A stretch of DNA of 62,079 bases, the filler included. It is 7 parts of 7 records of this genome, joined end to end, with 100 filler letters (N's around TTAATTAATTAA, not from the genome) between each part and the next. Parts side by side here need not be neighbours in the genome. Positions count along the whole stretch, not along the records: positions 24,773 to 33,669 come from SRR2962707_2955; positions 33,770 to 39,500 come from SRR2962707_2969; positions 39,601 to 50,294 come from SRR2962707_2996; 4 more parts are not named here. The stretch is one strand, 5' to 3'. Every line of letters starts with the position of its first letter. The first letter of the stretch is position 1. Of the stretch, positions 27,428-40,500 are shown in pieces. The position numbers and the translations under genes are program-made. The notes under the pieces were generated by a model that saw only the letters and a list, made by a program, of their open reading frames with translations, was not told the DNA's origin and did not search any database.

Positions 27428-27576
27428 TTTTTGGCATGACGCCAAGCCATCAATACACCGTGCAGCTTTTTGCCAGCTGCCCCACGCGCACGGCTAGTTG
27501 TGACGAATCGCAATACCCCAAATAGCATTACTGATTAGAGTTAACCAACACATCTATCGTTCGCATGCGCCAAAAA

Positions 27577-30500
27577 CTACGCGTCGCACTCTCGTTCCTG
27601 ACAATCGCTGGCACACGTCCGGAAACAATCCATAAAAGGCAAGACCGTACGGTCGTCGAGGCGATTACTGGACACATCCGCTAAAACGTTGGTTCCATTG
27701 GAGCCACGCACTACGGATACATTGCCCACAGGGTTGCTTTTGTGGTCATTTGTGGGTGGCGTGCACGTTATTTGGCACGTAGCTTTGCACCGGGCGACAC
27801 AAGCCGGCAAATGAGTTGTTATCCCTGCTGTGCCTTCTTTTGGACCGACACGCTCAACACAGTCAACGCCGCCCCACGAATCATCACACTCACATGTAGC
27901 GCCTTTGGTCTTTGCACAACTGCCATGTCCATGACAGGATCCAGAAGCCGATGCTGACGGCAAACAGGCCGCTCTAATGTGGCACCCAACGCCAGCAAAC
28001 TTGGGATTGCACACACACGTTTCGAACCACACGTCAGTTGAGGTACTGCTGCCGGATTCGTCCACAAACTCCAGCGCACCGTTGCGCAGGCTCACACGTG
28101 GGTCTGGGGCAGATGGAGATGCTGTGTATCGAAAAATAGTGTTGGACTGAATTGGAGCGTCTTCAGGATGCCGAGCAGCAAGACACTCTCCATGGCCACT
28201 ACACGACTGCACACATCCCCCGAAGTCGCGGTCCTCAAATTGAACTTCGCGCAGAAGGTTTCTCGCAAATCGGTCGTGCTTTGTGGTCACGAACGGTCCA
28301 CCTGGAAGGTCGGTTGCCAGACCCGCCATCCCTGCCCCACCCAAAACGAGGCTGGCAGAGACGCTTGCGGAGTGGTGGGTGTTGCGATGGCCCGAAGTGT
28401 ATCTTGTGTCGGGTGAGATCAAGAAACGGAGTCGATTCCAGGACAAATGAGCTGCCGATGAAACACTGAATCCAGCACATTGCGATGGCAGAGTAAGCAA
28501 TTGCTGTCTCAACGCTTCCACTGTGTTCGCCAATAACAGGTCGGTGTGTGATGTGGCAGGGGCTTCGGCTGCGGCCAACGCAGCGCTTGAAGATTGTACG
28601 GGCAGTGTTCGTGAATCTGCGCTCAGGAGAGGTTGCGGTTGTTTCTGTTGCTGCTCGAGGGCCAGCGTGGCCGGGGCCTCAATTCCTTCAGAGAACGAGC
28701 GCTGTGACGACAATTGCCCACCGCTCTCTGCGTTAATGGCATTGAGATGCAACAAAACCCGGCTTTTCACTTGCGAGATTTCGGCCAGAAGCCGTGACTC
28801 TGCCGCGCTCCATGCCGAATGCTCTTGCGCTTGGGTAGAGGAGTTGGCCTCGGTGCTTCTCGCTGCAGACAGACGAACTGCTGCAGAGTTTTCTGACGGC
28901 GACGTTGCCAGAAGAGCCTCGCAGTCATACTGCGCGGTCAACAGCGACCGGTAATCGTTAAGGACTGTCGCCACACGTTCCTGTGTCGACAAGGACTTCC
29001 ATTTGCGCTTACACCCGCTGACTTCAAGCACTGAGGGTTCAATGCACATGCAGACTCCACCTGATCGACAAGTTCCAAGCCCGTTTTCGGTGCAGCTCAA
29101 ATGGCACACTTTCTCATCGCAGGTCGCGCCACTGAATCCAGGGTCACATGTGCATGAACCTATATATTCAAAGTGGTCACGCAAGGATTCAACATGGCAA
29201 AACAACTCGACTGCTGAGGGGGCAATGGCTGTCACAGCAGACACACGTCACGAACACACAACAGCAGCCAAACGAACCGTCGGCGTTACAAATTCCACGA
29301 CCGCTGCATTGCCCAGGGCACGCCGGCTCAGAGCAGGCAGGACCAGTCCTGCCCGGAGGGCAAATGCAATGCCCATCTTGACAATGTGAACCAGCAGCGC
29401 ACGGTAGCGCGCAGGAGCAATCGCGCCCGAACCACACCTGAGTGCTGCGGGCCGTTCTTTGCCCCAGGGCGTTTGGCGTACTTTCGCCGTGGTTGCTAGC
29501 GCCAGATTCAGCCGATTCTACACCAAGGCTGGAGCCGAAGTCCAGGGCGTCACACGAGCATTCGCCTGAGCCAAGACAAAAACCGTGGCCGGAACACGGG
29601 GCAGTCGAACCAGGGCAAGCCCCAGCTGCGTTGTCACACGCGTCTCCAGAAAACCCAGGGGCACATTTGCAACGTCCATCAACACAAGTGCCGTGGTTGG
29701 AGCAGTTAAATGGGCAGGAGTAGTTGAATCGGTTTTGGCAGTGTGCGCCGTGCCAGCCGTCTGCACAATAGCAATGATAAGTAAGCTCCGAAGACGGGTT
29801 TGAGCCTGGGCGTTGAAGCAGTGGAGGGGGCGACGTCTCCGCTGGTGTGTGCCGCCTGCTGTCAGCAAGAACACAAATGCCATTGGCGCCACAACCCCCT
29901 GGGCAGTGTGAGTGATTGTCCTCGCCCAGGTGAGGCCCAGAGAACAGTGATGCCGACAGCTCAGCTGTCGCTCGCCGACCGTGCGTGGAAGGGGGCAACC
30001 AATGCGATGTTGACGAATTCACGAGGAGCACGCGCCTTGTGCAGGCAGGCCCTGACCAACCTCGTGCACAGTAAGCAATCCCTTCAGGACTGCAGAAGCA
30101 ATGTGGCGGCGTACACGCAGGGTGGCATGCTGGATGGGCACAATCGTTGCCATCAAAACCTGGCTTGCACAAGCATTGTGGGGATGCCGAAGACCGCGTC
30201 AGCTGCTCCAGCGAGTCGGAGGCCGCGGAAACATCGCGGTACGTAACAGTAGGAGCATGTGTCCCAGCTTGAGGGCCATGGTCGATCGCTTGGAGGTTCA
30301 CAACTCGCGCAAATGTTGGAGTAAAAGTCTCGAGCGGCAAGGCGTTCAGGAGTTCTGCACGTGTTGGTTGTTGACGGCGGCCAGCAATGCCGCCTCCACC
30401 TGTAGTCTCCAGACCATCCACTTTCATCACCGACGTTCTGCCTGCCTTCCAAGAATGGTCTGCCGCCATGGGTTCAATACTGGTGCACCAGCCATTCCCG

Positions 30501-33424
30501 GAGCAATTTGCAGGACATTGTGGGGTGGCACAATCATTTCCACTCCACGGAGCATCACACGAGCACGTAGCCGTTTCAATGTTGCAAGTGCCGTGTCCAC
30601 TACATTGGCGCGGGCACTGATGCACGGAACATTGCGGACCGGCAAAGCCGTCCTCGCAAAAGCACGCACCGCGTTCACACACGCCATGTCCACTGCAAGC
30701 TTCGTCGGAATCGCTGCCAGCATTGCATGCTGCCGGCTGAGTGTGCGAGCAGTCCTCCCCGCCAAAACCAGGATCACAGAAGCAGTTGAGCAGGCCAATG
30801 ACACGATGGCGGGCATCAGAAGTATGGAAGTCGTCCGGAGGTGCAAAAACTGAGCTACCGCCGTGAGTGCGGGCCGCGTTGCCGGCCCCAACTTGCAATC
30901 TCGTCGACGTGGATGCGGATGTTGCTGAGTCTGGGCTCGTCACTAAGCACACACCGTGACCCGAGCACTGATTTGGGCACTGGCGATTTTGACAAAAACG
31001 ACCCGTCCACGATGCCTCGCAGTTACAGCGGTGCGCCAAGCCGGAGTCAACGAGGTCAAGCAAATGCACAGCCGCCGCCTTTGGCCGAATACCCCGAAGC
31101 CGAGCGTTTCGACTTGAAGCACCTGAATCGTGATTGTCTGCCACGATTGGGAGAATTTCTGCTTCCGAGCACATGCCATGCCCGCTGCAGTGGTCGCCAC
31201 AAGCCTCGGGGCAGCGTTCGCAGAACGGTCCGGAGAAACCAGGAAAGCATGTGCAGTTACCCTGTGGCCCGCATGCACCGTAACCGGAGCAAACTGTCTG
31301 GCGAACAAACCTTGTCAATGTTCCATCGTTGCCCAGAGACATCGCTGACGCGGATGCAATGGACGGCTGGGAAACCAAACTACTGCTTCCGAACAACGGT
31401 TGGTCTCCCTCAAACAAGCCTGGTTGCGTGAGTACAGCGTCGCGGGCGCCTCCGCCCAGCGAAGGGGCACCGGGCGTGATTGACAGCTGCCGATCGCGAG
31501 GGTGCACACAGACGTCCGCGACTTGAAATTCACAAGCCAGTCCAGTGAACTCGGAGAAGCACTGGCACGTCCCAGTTGCCGAGCTGCATACACCGCGTGC
31601 GCTGCATGGTGTCGGACTGCCCGGACACACATGTTGGCCACAATCTTCCCCTTGCCATGACTGGTGACAGCGGCACTTACCATCCAAAGCACAAATCCCG
31701 TGACCATTGCATCCGTTTTTGCACAAAGCCAACTCGCACGTCACACCATCAAATCCCTCGTTGCAAATGCAGGACCCGTCCTCTTGGCATGTTCCTCTTC
31801 CAGAGCAGTTGTGCGGCATGCAAGTCTGAGATGCACACGATGGACCACCCCACCCGGCGCTACAATAGCAGCTGCCTTCAATGCAGCTGCCATGCCCTGA
31901 GCAGTCATCGGGGCATACTCGTCTCGAGCAGTCATCGCCAGCAAAGCCTGGTCGACAGAAACACTCACCAAGAAAACAGTAGCCATTGGTGCCGGAGCAA
32001 GCGTTTGGGCATGAGCGGTACGAACAGTCAAAACCCTCCCAAGGAGCCCGGCACTCGCAGCTGTCTGCGACGCCGTCCATGCTGCAGCTTCCATGCCCAG
32101 AACAACGACGGGACTCGACCACGGCTGTCGTCAGGAGCACCTCTCCCATTCTTTTGGAGGCCAGACTTGCCGGCTTGCTGGAGTTGTCTCCGTTGGCGGC
32201 CACAGACAAAGCCGCCTCATCTGGAATATTTGGAAAAGGCAACGCGCAAGTCCGCTCACTGCAGTCGGCGCCTGTGAAGCCGGGCTTGCAATGGCACACC
32301 CCTGCCTCAGTGTCACAGTAGCCATGCGTCCAGCCGCAATCGTTGGGGCAAGATCGCAGGCTGCAGTCGGAGCCGTGAAAACCAGGGAGGCACTGGCATT
32401 GCCCTCCAGCCACGCATGTGCCGTTGTTCTTGCACCCGCCAAATGCACTGCAGTCTGGCAAACTGCAGTCGGCCCCGGTGTACCCGGAATCACAACTGCA
32501 AGAAAACAAGTGTGATGCAGAAGGTGGAGCAAGCGCTGCTCTGGACTGGTTCTTGTCGGTTGTCGAACGGGGGGCACAGCGTCCATGACCAGAGCATGGT
32601 GAGCCAGGGACTGTCGTGAGGCAAAGCGGAGTGGCACAGTCGATGCCGCTATAACCTGGGACACACTTGCAGTGACTGGCGCCGCCGTCATCACTGCAAA
32701 ACCCATGGCCACTGCAGGCTCCTGGGCACGTTTCAATCTCGCACAGTTCGCCAGTAAAGCCCGCATGGCAACGGCACTTGCCATCGACGCAGCGGCCATG
32801 CCCATTTGAGCAATCAGTCTCGCAAAGAGACGTCTTGCAATCTGCTCCAGCGTACCCAGCGAGACATCGGCACCGAGCCCCGAGACAAATCCCGTGTCCG
32901 TGGCAGTTGCCGCCAGGTCCGTGGCAAACTCGGAAATCACAAGCTTCTCCCGCCCATCCATCCAAGCACTTGCATGTGCCCGCATCAACCGACTCACTGC
33001 GGTTGGACGCCGCCACGAAGCGACCGTTGATGCACTTGGCAGGCGCGCTTCGCAGCGAGCAGTCCAGTCCGGCCCACCCAGCTTGGCACTGGCAATGCCC
33101 TTTCGCGCAGTAACCGTGGTCTGAGCATCGCCCGAATTCTCCCGGGCACGACGAGCGCACTCCAACTCGCTCCATTCCTGCCTCCCGCGCTTCGGCAAGT
33201 TGGCGCCCTACCCCGCCCGCAGCCACAGACTCGAGCTCGAGTTCAGCGGTGAAGCCGCGTTGCCACTCGGCCCCAAGCGCGAGGGCTTCGTTCGGGCTCA
33301 GCAGGCGAGACTCGTGCAGGCTGGCAGCAGGTCCGAGGGTTCGAGACCGTGCATTTTGTGCCAGGAAAAGTCCAGCTGTCAGGACAGCCAGGCAAGCGCC
33401 ACCGAACGAGCGGCGAGGACCCAT
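27577..33424 (-). CDS. Secreted tenascin-type EGF-repeat protein (~29 EGF modules, ~1909 aa)
   Basis: The first ATG (33424) is followed by the signal peptide ACLAVLTAGLFLAQNARS. Recurring CSGHGxC...CxCxxG(F/W)xGxxC. One intron at 29277-29160 joins two ORFs in frame (5730 nt total). I see no C-terminal TM helix. Confidence 0.88.
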
Positions 33425-33669
33425 TGCAACCGAGGCACACGCGCACTCACTCACTCACCACTCACGCCTCTGCGAAAAGTTGAGTCACATCCAGCGAGCT
33501 CTTCGCACAACACAGCACAACAGGACGCCTGGAGGATCGCCTCCCTACCTCCCTCTCTGCAAGCAAAGATCCTCTCAAGATGGCAGCAGCAGCAACAGCA
33601 GCAGGAACAACAACAGCGGAAGACAAAAAAGAAAACAGAAACGAACGAACGAACGAACAAACAAACAAA

Positions 33670-33769
33670 NNNNNNNNNNNNNNNNNNNNNNNNNNNNNNN
33701 NNNNNNNNNNNNNTTAATTAATTAANNNNNNNNNNNNNNNNNNNNNNNNNNNNNNNNNNNNNNNNNNNN
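33670..33769. other. Artificial contig linker
   Basis: 44 N + TTAATTAATTAA + 44 N. Confidence 0.98.
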
Positions 33770-33842
33770 ACTCACTCACTCCCGCACTCACTCACCCACC
33801 CACCCACACACACACACTCTCTCTCTCACTCACTCACACACG
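33770..33842. repeat. (ACTC/ACCC/AC/TC)n microsatellite mosaic at contig end
   Basis: actcactcact...cacccacccacccacacacacacactctctctctcactcactcacaca. Confidence 0.85.
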
Positions 33843-34252
33843 AACTGAAGACTCTGCAGTCTCCAAGTATTTTGCTCGAGGGCGAGCAGGAGCTTCGCTT
33901 GCGAGTGACTGAGTGACCGAGCGAAGCCACGCACTCACTCACGCGCGGCATCTTCGTCAAAAAGTAAAACGGATCGTTTGCTTGCAGTTTTCTGCACGTG
34001 TGTTGCTGCTGTCGCGGCACACACACATACACACGAATAGAATAAAAGCGCCTTCGAGTGAGGCATCTCCTTGCCCTCGCTCTGGGCTCCAGGCCAACGG
34101 ATCTCTGTGTTTGCTTTTTCTGCAATTCTTGCTGCCTTTTGTTGCTTCTGTGGCAGTGCAACTCGTCGCCAATAGGCAGTGCAGGTTGCTGAGTCATGGA
34201 AGGGCTCACATGCGACTGTGGGCCGCAGTGTGGAGTGGTGGGTGTGGTGGTG

Positions 34253-37200
34253 ATGAACGGGTCGTCTTTCGCCGCAGGCGCAAACGGCTCTCTCTCACTG
34301 GATGGAAATGCAACGGCGGGATACGTTTCTGGAGCGGATAGCACCGGGAAGCTGTTGGAGAATCTAATTCCTGCGCTCATGAAGACGTTCCTCGTGATCC
34401 TCACTGGCTTCATCATGGGCTCGACTGGCGTGTGCGTGCAGACATTGCGCTTGCATGTGTCCATGATATCCGTTTAACACCGTTCACGCTGTCCTGCCTA
34501 TGACAAAGAAGTGGCGAGCGCTTCACACGGAACCGCGTTCACGGATGTTTCTGCGCTTGCTTTGGCAATTGCTTGTAGGTATCCGAAAGAAAATGCTGCG
34601 GCGATTGGAAGGTTGTGCGGCACATTGCTTCTCCCGGTCGCCATGTTCAATTCGATGGCAACATTGGTCGTCACAGACGAGGCCTGGCTGATGTTCTATG
34701 CTGTTGCTATCAGCAAAGGCGCAGTATTCCTGCTCGTCTTGTGTGGGCTCATCGTGGTTTTGCCCAAAAAAGGAGGGCTTGGCCGTGCTGCCATTTGGGC
34801 GATATTTTCGACTCAGTCAAACGACTTTGCGCTTGGCTTGCCCATTTTCAATGCAAGTCGGCTTTTTGTGGGCTGCCCTTCGTTTAAATGCTCCAACGAC
34901 TGTATTTATGCCTTGCGATTGCTTACGACCCACGTCGTGTGTGTGTGCGTGTTTTGCTGTCCAGGTCTTGTACGCAACTGTGCACACAGACTATTTGTAT
35001 TTTCTGTACGTGTCGGCAATGGAAAGCTTTGTCCACTGTCCACACAACGTCCCCGCCCCCTCCCCTAACTTTTCTCACGTTTTGCTATCCATAGTTACAT
35101 TGTTGCTCCAGTCAATCTGGTGTTCTTGAATCCGATTGCTTTTATTCTCATGGCAATGTCGCGATCCCGAGACAAGGGTCGAAAATTTGAGTGCAAACTC
35201 GTCGGCGAGGTTTTGAAAAATGTCTTTACCAATCCCCTTGTGCTTCTCACGTTTGCGGGTGTGATTGTGCGACTTTCATGCCAAGTCCCTGCCTCGGACT
35301 TTGAGTGGTAAGCCACATTTGATCGTATTGGCATTTGACCTTTTTGGTTGTTTTTTCGATGATTTTTGCTTGTGGGGCAACCCTTCCGAGTTTCCGCACG
35401 TTTGCCGATTCCGCGGCTTTGAGACATGCGTGGCGTGTTGTAGGTACGCCAACTACATTGAGCCAGTGCTCAGTGTCATATCCTCGGCCTTCACGGGGTG
35501 TGCCCTCTTCAGCCTTGGGCTATTAATTGTTGGCAAGTTCAAATTGCTCAAGAAGCAAAGCCCAGTCATGACAATTTTATTCGTCATTGTTAAAAGTGTG
35601 ATTTTGCCAGTGGCAATAAAGTTGACCCTCTCACTGGTTCGTACCTTATTGAGCCCGTGCCTGAGTGGATCGCCGGCCGGTGGGCTTTACAGTTTGTGTG
35701 TGCCAACTTTAGTGCTTGGATTGTCTGTTGCTGAAACAGCTGGCGCCGGGAAATGACGCGCTGTCTTCAGCCGGGTTTTTGTATGGAATAATTCCTACTG
35801 CGTCCGGAGTATTCACCTACTGTCTTCAGGTTAGCTTTAGTCTCTGTGCGAAACGTCTTATGGATTGCTTTGTGTCCAAACAACTGTGAGGGAGAGTTGC
35901 AAACTTACTGAACGTGTGCGCCCTACAGTTTGGGCTGAGTCCCGACATCATCGCAGTGTCAATGGTTGTCGGTACAATTGCAAGTGCCCCGCTGATGCTA
36001 GGACTCGGTACGGCAACTGTTTTTGGGGAACGATGCCACGGATTTGCAACGTGGCTGTACAATTTCCTGATTTGCGATCTGCGTGGCGCTTGTAGGGACA
36101 CTGGTGGTCGCGGCGTCGGACCCAAACTTCACGTTGGAAGTAGTTCGGCCCATCACAACATACTTCAAAATGACGCCCGTTGCCTTTTCTCTTTTTGGCG
36201 CTCTCTTTTTCGTCATTGCCACAGCTGTGAACTGGAAGAAGATTCACCCGGACTACCGCATGTGAGTGTGTCGCCTGTTTAGTTTTGCAACTCTCTCAAT
36301 TTGACATAGAGTCTGATAGTTTTGTGCTAATTTTGCTTGGCTGCGTTTAGCTACCGAATTTGTCTGCTCTCAGCGGCAATCATTAGCATTATTGGCTACT
36401 CGGTTTTATTCCCTTGCGAGGTGTGTTCAGTCTAACGCAGTGTGTCTGCTTTTGCGCGCTTCGAGAACGTGCATAGAACGCCGCGCAATGGCTCTTCGCG
36501 ACATTGACATCTTGCATTGATTTCGTAGGTCATGCTTTCACCGTTTGTGACCAACGCGTCTGCCCCCGAACTATATACTTCGACAGCGCAAGCCATGTTC
36601 CTTATTCAGCATTTCGCCATTACATTTTACCGTAGTATGGTGTCGGCAGTGGCTCTGTTATCATGTGTGATCCTTTTGTAAGTGGGAGTAGAAGCGATGA
36701 TTCGCCTTGTGCTCGCCGCAGCAGCCAGTTGTCAACGTGTTTTCGGTGCACTGCTAACATGAAGAACTCGACAATTAATTTGTGATCTTTTGTCACAAGG
36801 TATTTCAAGAAGCATAAAAAAATGCCGCCGGCGAAGCAACAAACGATGATGATGATATGGGTTCACATCTGTGTTGCCTTGGTTGCTGGCATACTCACGC
36901 TCACAGTTGTGATGACAGATGGGCTCGCGCAAAATAGCTGTGTCACACAATTATCACGGGATGTGGCGATCGCAAACGCCGCAATTTTATTCCTCTTGGT
37001 TGGGATCAATGTGGCGTCAATGATGATGTTCAATAGGATTCGACGGCAACTGAAGCAGCTGGATATGTTCCAACCTGATGCTGAGTTGCGCTTGAATGGA
37101 AGCCGCGCCGTGACGTCAGCGGCCGTAGGTGAAGCGCTCGGCGACATCGAGTTGTCGCCAATGTCAAGTCTCCACATGTCAACTTCACGCGACCAAGAGC

Positions 37201-38017
37201 CAACGCTCAGTGATCGCCATGAGTCCACGGATATATGCGATGCTTCTACAAGCATGGCAAATGCGGAGCACGCCCAAAGCGCCCGTGCGCGACGGGTGGA
37301 CCACGGCGCAGAAATTAGCACACCAGTTGAAACTGTCGATAGCGACTGCACCGAAGATTCAGGCGAGATTCGGGAGGAACCCGATCAAACTTCCTTAGAA
37401 ACCGAGCACGAGGAAGCTGCAACGACTGCGCCCAGCGCCAACCGCGATCGATCTCCGGCGACAAAATTTTTGCGAGAGCGGCGATACAATCGACGCTATT
37501 CAATCATGATGTACGTACACTGCGTGGGATGTTTGTTCCGGTGCCGGTCAACTGCCCCTCGCTGAAAAACATGCTTCGTTCAATATCCAATGTTGAAACA
37601 GCTACGAGACATGCGTCAGCACGCTGGGCATCATTGGGATGCTTACGTCTGCGCTTGACCCCGGCTCCAGTGACATCATCCAGTTTACTGTTAGTATCAG
37701 CTTGACACTGCTCACGTACGTGTTGGGAGTTTGAACTGAAATCTTTGCGATTGTTGGGGGAATGCGGCACGTGCATGGGTTGTTTGCTGCCGCCACTCTT
37801 TTCATTCAACTATTTTTGACCACCACGATCACATGTCAGTTACTCCAGCGGCATCGTTTTGTGTGTCGCACTGGGTTTCAAAATGCTTGGAGAATGCAAG
37901 TTGCCAAAAGTGGGCGGTGTGGGCGGCATCGGTGGTGTTGGGAAATCTATGCTCAAGCTACGCAGCAAAACTGCCCGGAAGTCAAGCATGGCGGTCGGCT
38001 TGGAGATGGATTTCTGA
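34253..38017 (+). CDS. GPR155: GPR155/LYCHOS-like membrane protein (PIN/AEC-type transporter domain plus additional TM bundle), no DEP domain evident
   Basis: Spliced ~13-exon model gives LIPALMKTFLVILTGFI, LLPVAMFNSM, IFSTQSNDFALGLPIFNVLY, YIVAPVNLVFLNPIAF, NVFTNPLV, AFTGCALFSLG, FLYGIIPTASGV and IIAVSMVVGTIASAPLM. These are colinear with GPR155 motifs as I recall them (FATQSNDFALGYPI, APISLMMLNPIGF, FLYGVFPVAPGV). Alternative start at 34196. Confidence 0.8.
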
Positions 38018-38286
38018 ACTCAGTTGACGTTCGCAAGGTTTGAAATCTCCTGCTTTTGTTTGTCCATGTAGATTCGTGTCCATGCACGTCGACCAGTGCG
38101 TCTCAAAATAGTAAACACAGGATGCACTGGTGGTTTTAAAAAAATATAATAGTCATTGTATTGTAAACTTTGCCCGTCTACACGATCACTCGCAAAGGCT
38201 GGCCCCCCGCGGTTGAGAAAGGTGTTCAATCCCCATCGAGTTTGGTGGGCCGATACCGACTCATGGGTAATGGCGCAGATGGTCTT

Positions 38287-39392
38287 TTAAAACTGTAGTG
38301 GCATTGCTGCGTGACCGCAATTTTTACACCCGTCAACATAGCCTGAGCGGAAACCAACCATATTCAGCAAGTCAAAAAAAGATCGTGGGTGGTGAAAACG
38401 TGTGCAAGATGACTTTCGGAAGCACAAGCGGCAGCGAGCACGGTTCCAAACCTGCCGCGCCCGTGCCTCTGAATTGTGGAATTTGCGCCTGGCTTCCCGC
38501 GAGAGTACTCGCCGCCTGCATGCCGCACGAACGCCCCCAATAAGTAAACAGGATACATTGTACAATCAGGTAGTGAGCATTACCGACAAGAAACTTTGCA
38601 CAAGCACCTGCGCACAAAGACTCACCCAGCTGCAGTGGCGAGAGTACTGTCTAGAGTTCGCATCGCGAGCTCGATTCGCTCTTGGATCATTGCCCTGAGC
38701 TCTTCGCTTCGCCGAGAAGCATCGACCACGGGAATCTTTGATTCCACAACGTGACCGCACTCGCAGACACTTGGTCTCCCGGCGAGCGAGCTGACATTAG
38801 CCCCACAGCCTTCACAGGCCGAGGATACGACAGATGATGGCGAAGGACAATACCGCATTAAATCCGCTGCAGCACCTCCACCATGTCCAGTGCCACCAAA
38901 CATTGAAAGCGGTGTGTTGCTGAGATCAAAACGGTCCAATTTCTCGTCAGGTGGAGTGTCCTCGGTGTCAGTGGTGTCGGTGTCGTCGTAACTGAAGCTC
39001 TCCCCGTCCAAACTGCTACTTGTCGAGCTGCTGCTTGTCGTGCGCGAAATGCGCCCCTTCCGACCTGAGGACATTAGAACGCGCGCTACCGAGCCTCTGC
39101 TTGGGCTTGCAACAACGGTATGGCGTGTTTGCCCACGCGTCCGAGAGGTGGTAGCTGACGGGCTTGCACAGAGAGACTCAAACACACTCTTTGATTGTCC
39201 ATTGCGAGGCGACACGTGCGATTGATCAGGTGCCCTTGCCAGCTTCGGGAAACTATGTTTGCTCGATCCAACCCTTTTCAGAGTGGATGTGGAAGCCGCT
39301 GCGGCGTTATGAATGAACCGCAAGGCTGACGCCTCTGTGGAGGCCACCTCTGCAGCCGCTGCAATGGCTTTTAATTCCCGAGCCTTCTTTGC
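38287..39392 (-). CDS. 3' part of an unknown Ser-rich protein with C-terminal CxxC pairs (5' end off contig)
   Basis: Exons 39392-38626 and 38515-38287 joined by a GT-AG intron. Contains CEGC..CEC, CRLC and CKNC. I recognise no family. Confidence 0.5.
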
Positions 39393-39500
39393 CTGCGGGA
39401 CGAGAGGAGGGTAGGCACACAACCGCGTCAATTGGCTCCTTCACGAATGACGAACGACGTGATGCCGACGTGCATGAAAAAAAAAAAAAAAAAAAAAAAA

Positions 39501-39600
39501 NNNNNNNNNNNNNNNNNNNNNNNNNNNNNNNNNNNNNNNNNNNNTTAATTAATTAANNNNNNNNNNNNNNNNNNNNNNNNNNNNNNNNNNNNNNNNNNNN
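39501..39600. other. Artificial contig linker
   Basis: 44 N + TTAATTAATTAA + 44 N. Confidence 0.98.
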
Positions 39601-39723
39601 AAAATCATCCCTGATTTTGACGATCCCGGAAAGCTCCACCGCTCACTGTCCCGAACGTTTTCAGGGGCATCAAAGGGTACGAATTTATAGATCGAAATTC
39701 AGGATATAGAGAGACATCTACAA

Positions 39724-40485
39724 ATGCTGAGTATCAAAAACCTGCACGCCTCCGTTGAGGGCAAAGAAATCCTCAAGGGCATTAACCTGGAGATCAAGGC
39801 CGGGGAAGTTCACGCCATCATGGGCCCGAACGGTTCCGGTAAGAGTACCCTGTCACAGGTTCTGGCAGGCAACGACGCATTTGAAGTCACCGAGGGCGAA
39901 GTCACCCTGAACGGAGACAACCTCCTGGATCTGGAAACCGAAGAACGCGCCCGCGAAGGCATCTTCCTGGCCTTCCAGTACCCGGTGGAAATCCCGGGCG
40001 TTAGCAACCTGCAGTTCCTGCGCACCGCCGTCAACGCCATGCGCAAGCACAAGGGCCAGGATGAGATGAACGCTGCTGAGTTCATGAAGCTGGCCAAGGA
40101 AGTTTCCAAACAGGTAGACCTGGACCCGGCCTTCCTGAAACGCGGCGTGAACGAAGGCTTCTCCGGTGGCGAGAAGAAACGTAACGAGATCATGCAGGCC
40201 CTGCTGCTGCAGCCGAAACTGGCCATTCTGGATGAAACCGATTCCGGCCTGGACATCGACGCCCTGAAAGTGGTTTCCGATGGCGTGAATGCTCTGCGCT
40301 CGGAAGACCGCGCCATTCTGATGGTCACTCACTACCAGCGCCTGCTGAACCACATTGTTCCGGATTATGTGCACGTACTGGCTGGTGGCAAGATCATCAA
40401 GTCGGGCGGTCGTGAACTGGCCCTGGAACTGGAAGAGAAAGGTTACGGCTGGCTGGGCATTAAAGACGACGACACCAGCAACTGA
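39724..40485 (+). CDS. sufC: Fe-S cluster assembly ABC ATPase SufC
   Basis: Walker A GPNGSGKST, AFQYPVEIPGV, VNEGFSGGEKKRNE, LDETDSGLDIDAL, THYQRLL. Confidence 0.97.
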   Translation: MLSIKNLHASVEGKEILKGINLEIKAGEVHAIMGPNGSGKSTLSQVLAGNDAFEVTEGEVTLNGDNLLDLETEERAREGIFLAFQYPVEIPGVSNLQFLRTAVNAMRKHKGQDEMNAAEFMKLAKEVSKQVDLDPAFLKRGVNEGFSGGEKKRNEIMQALLLQPKLAILDETDSGLDIDALKVVSDGVNALRSEDRAILMVTHYQRLLNHIVPDYVHVLAGGKIIKSGGRELALELEEKGYGWLGIKDDDTSN

Positions 40486-40500
40486 TCAGGAGGCCGTGGA

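Noticed and set aside
27577-33424. True tenascin or teneurin ortholog
   Set aside because: Only EGF modules are present. I see no FN3, fibrinogen, NHL or YD repeats.
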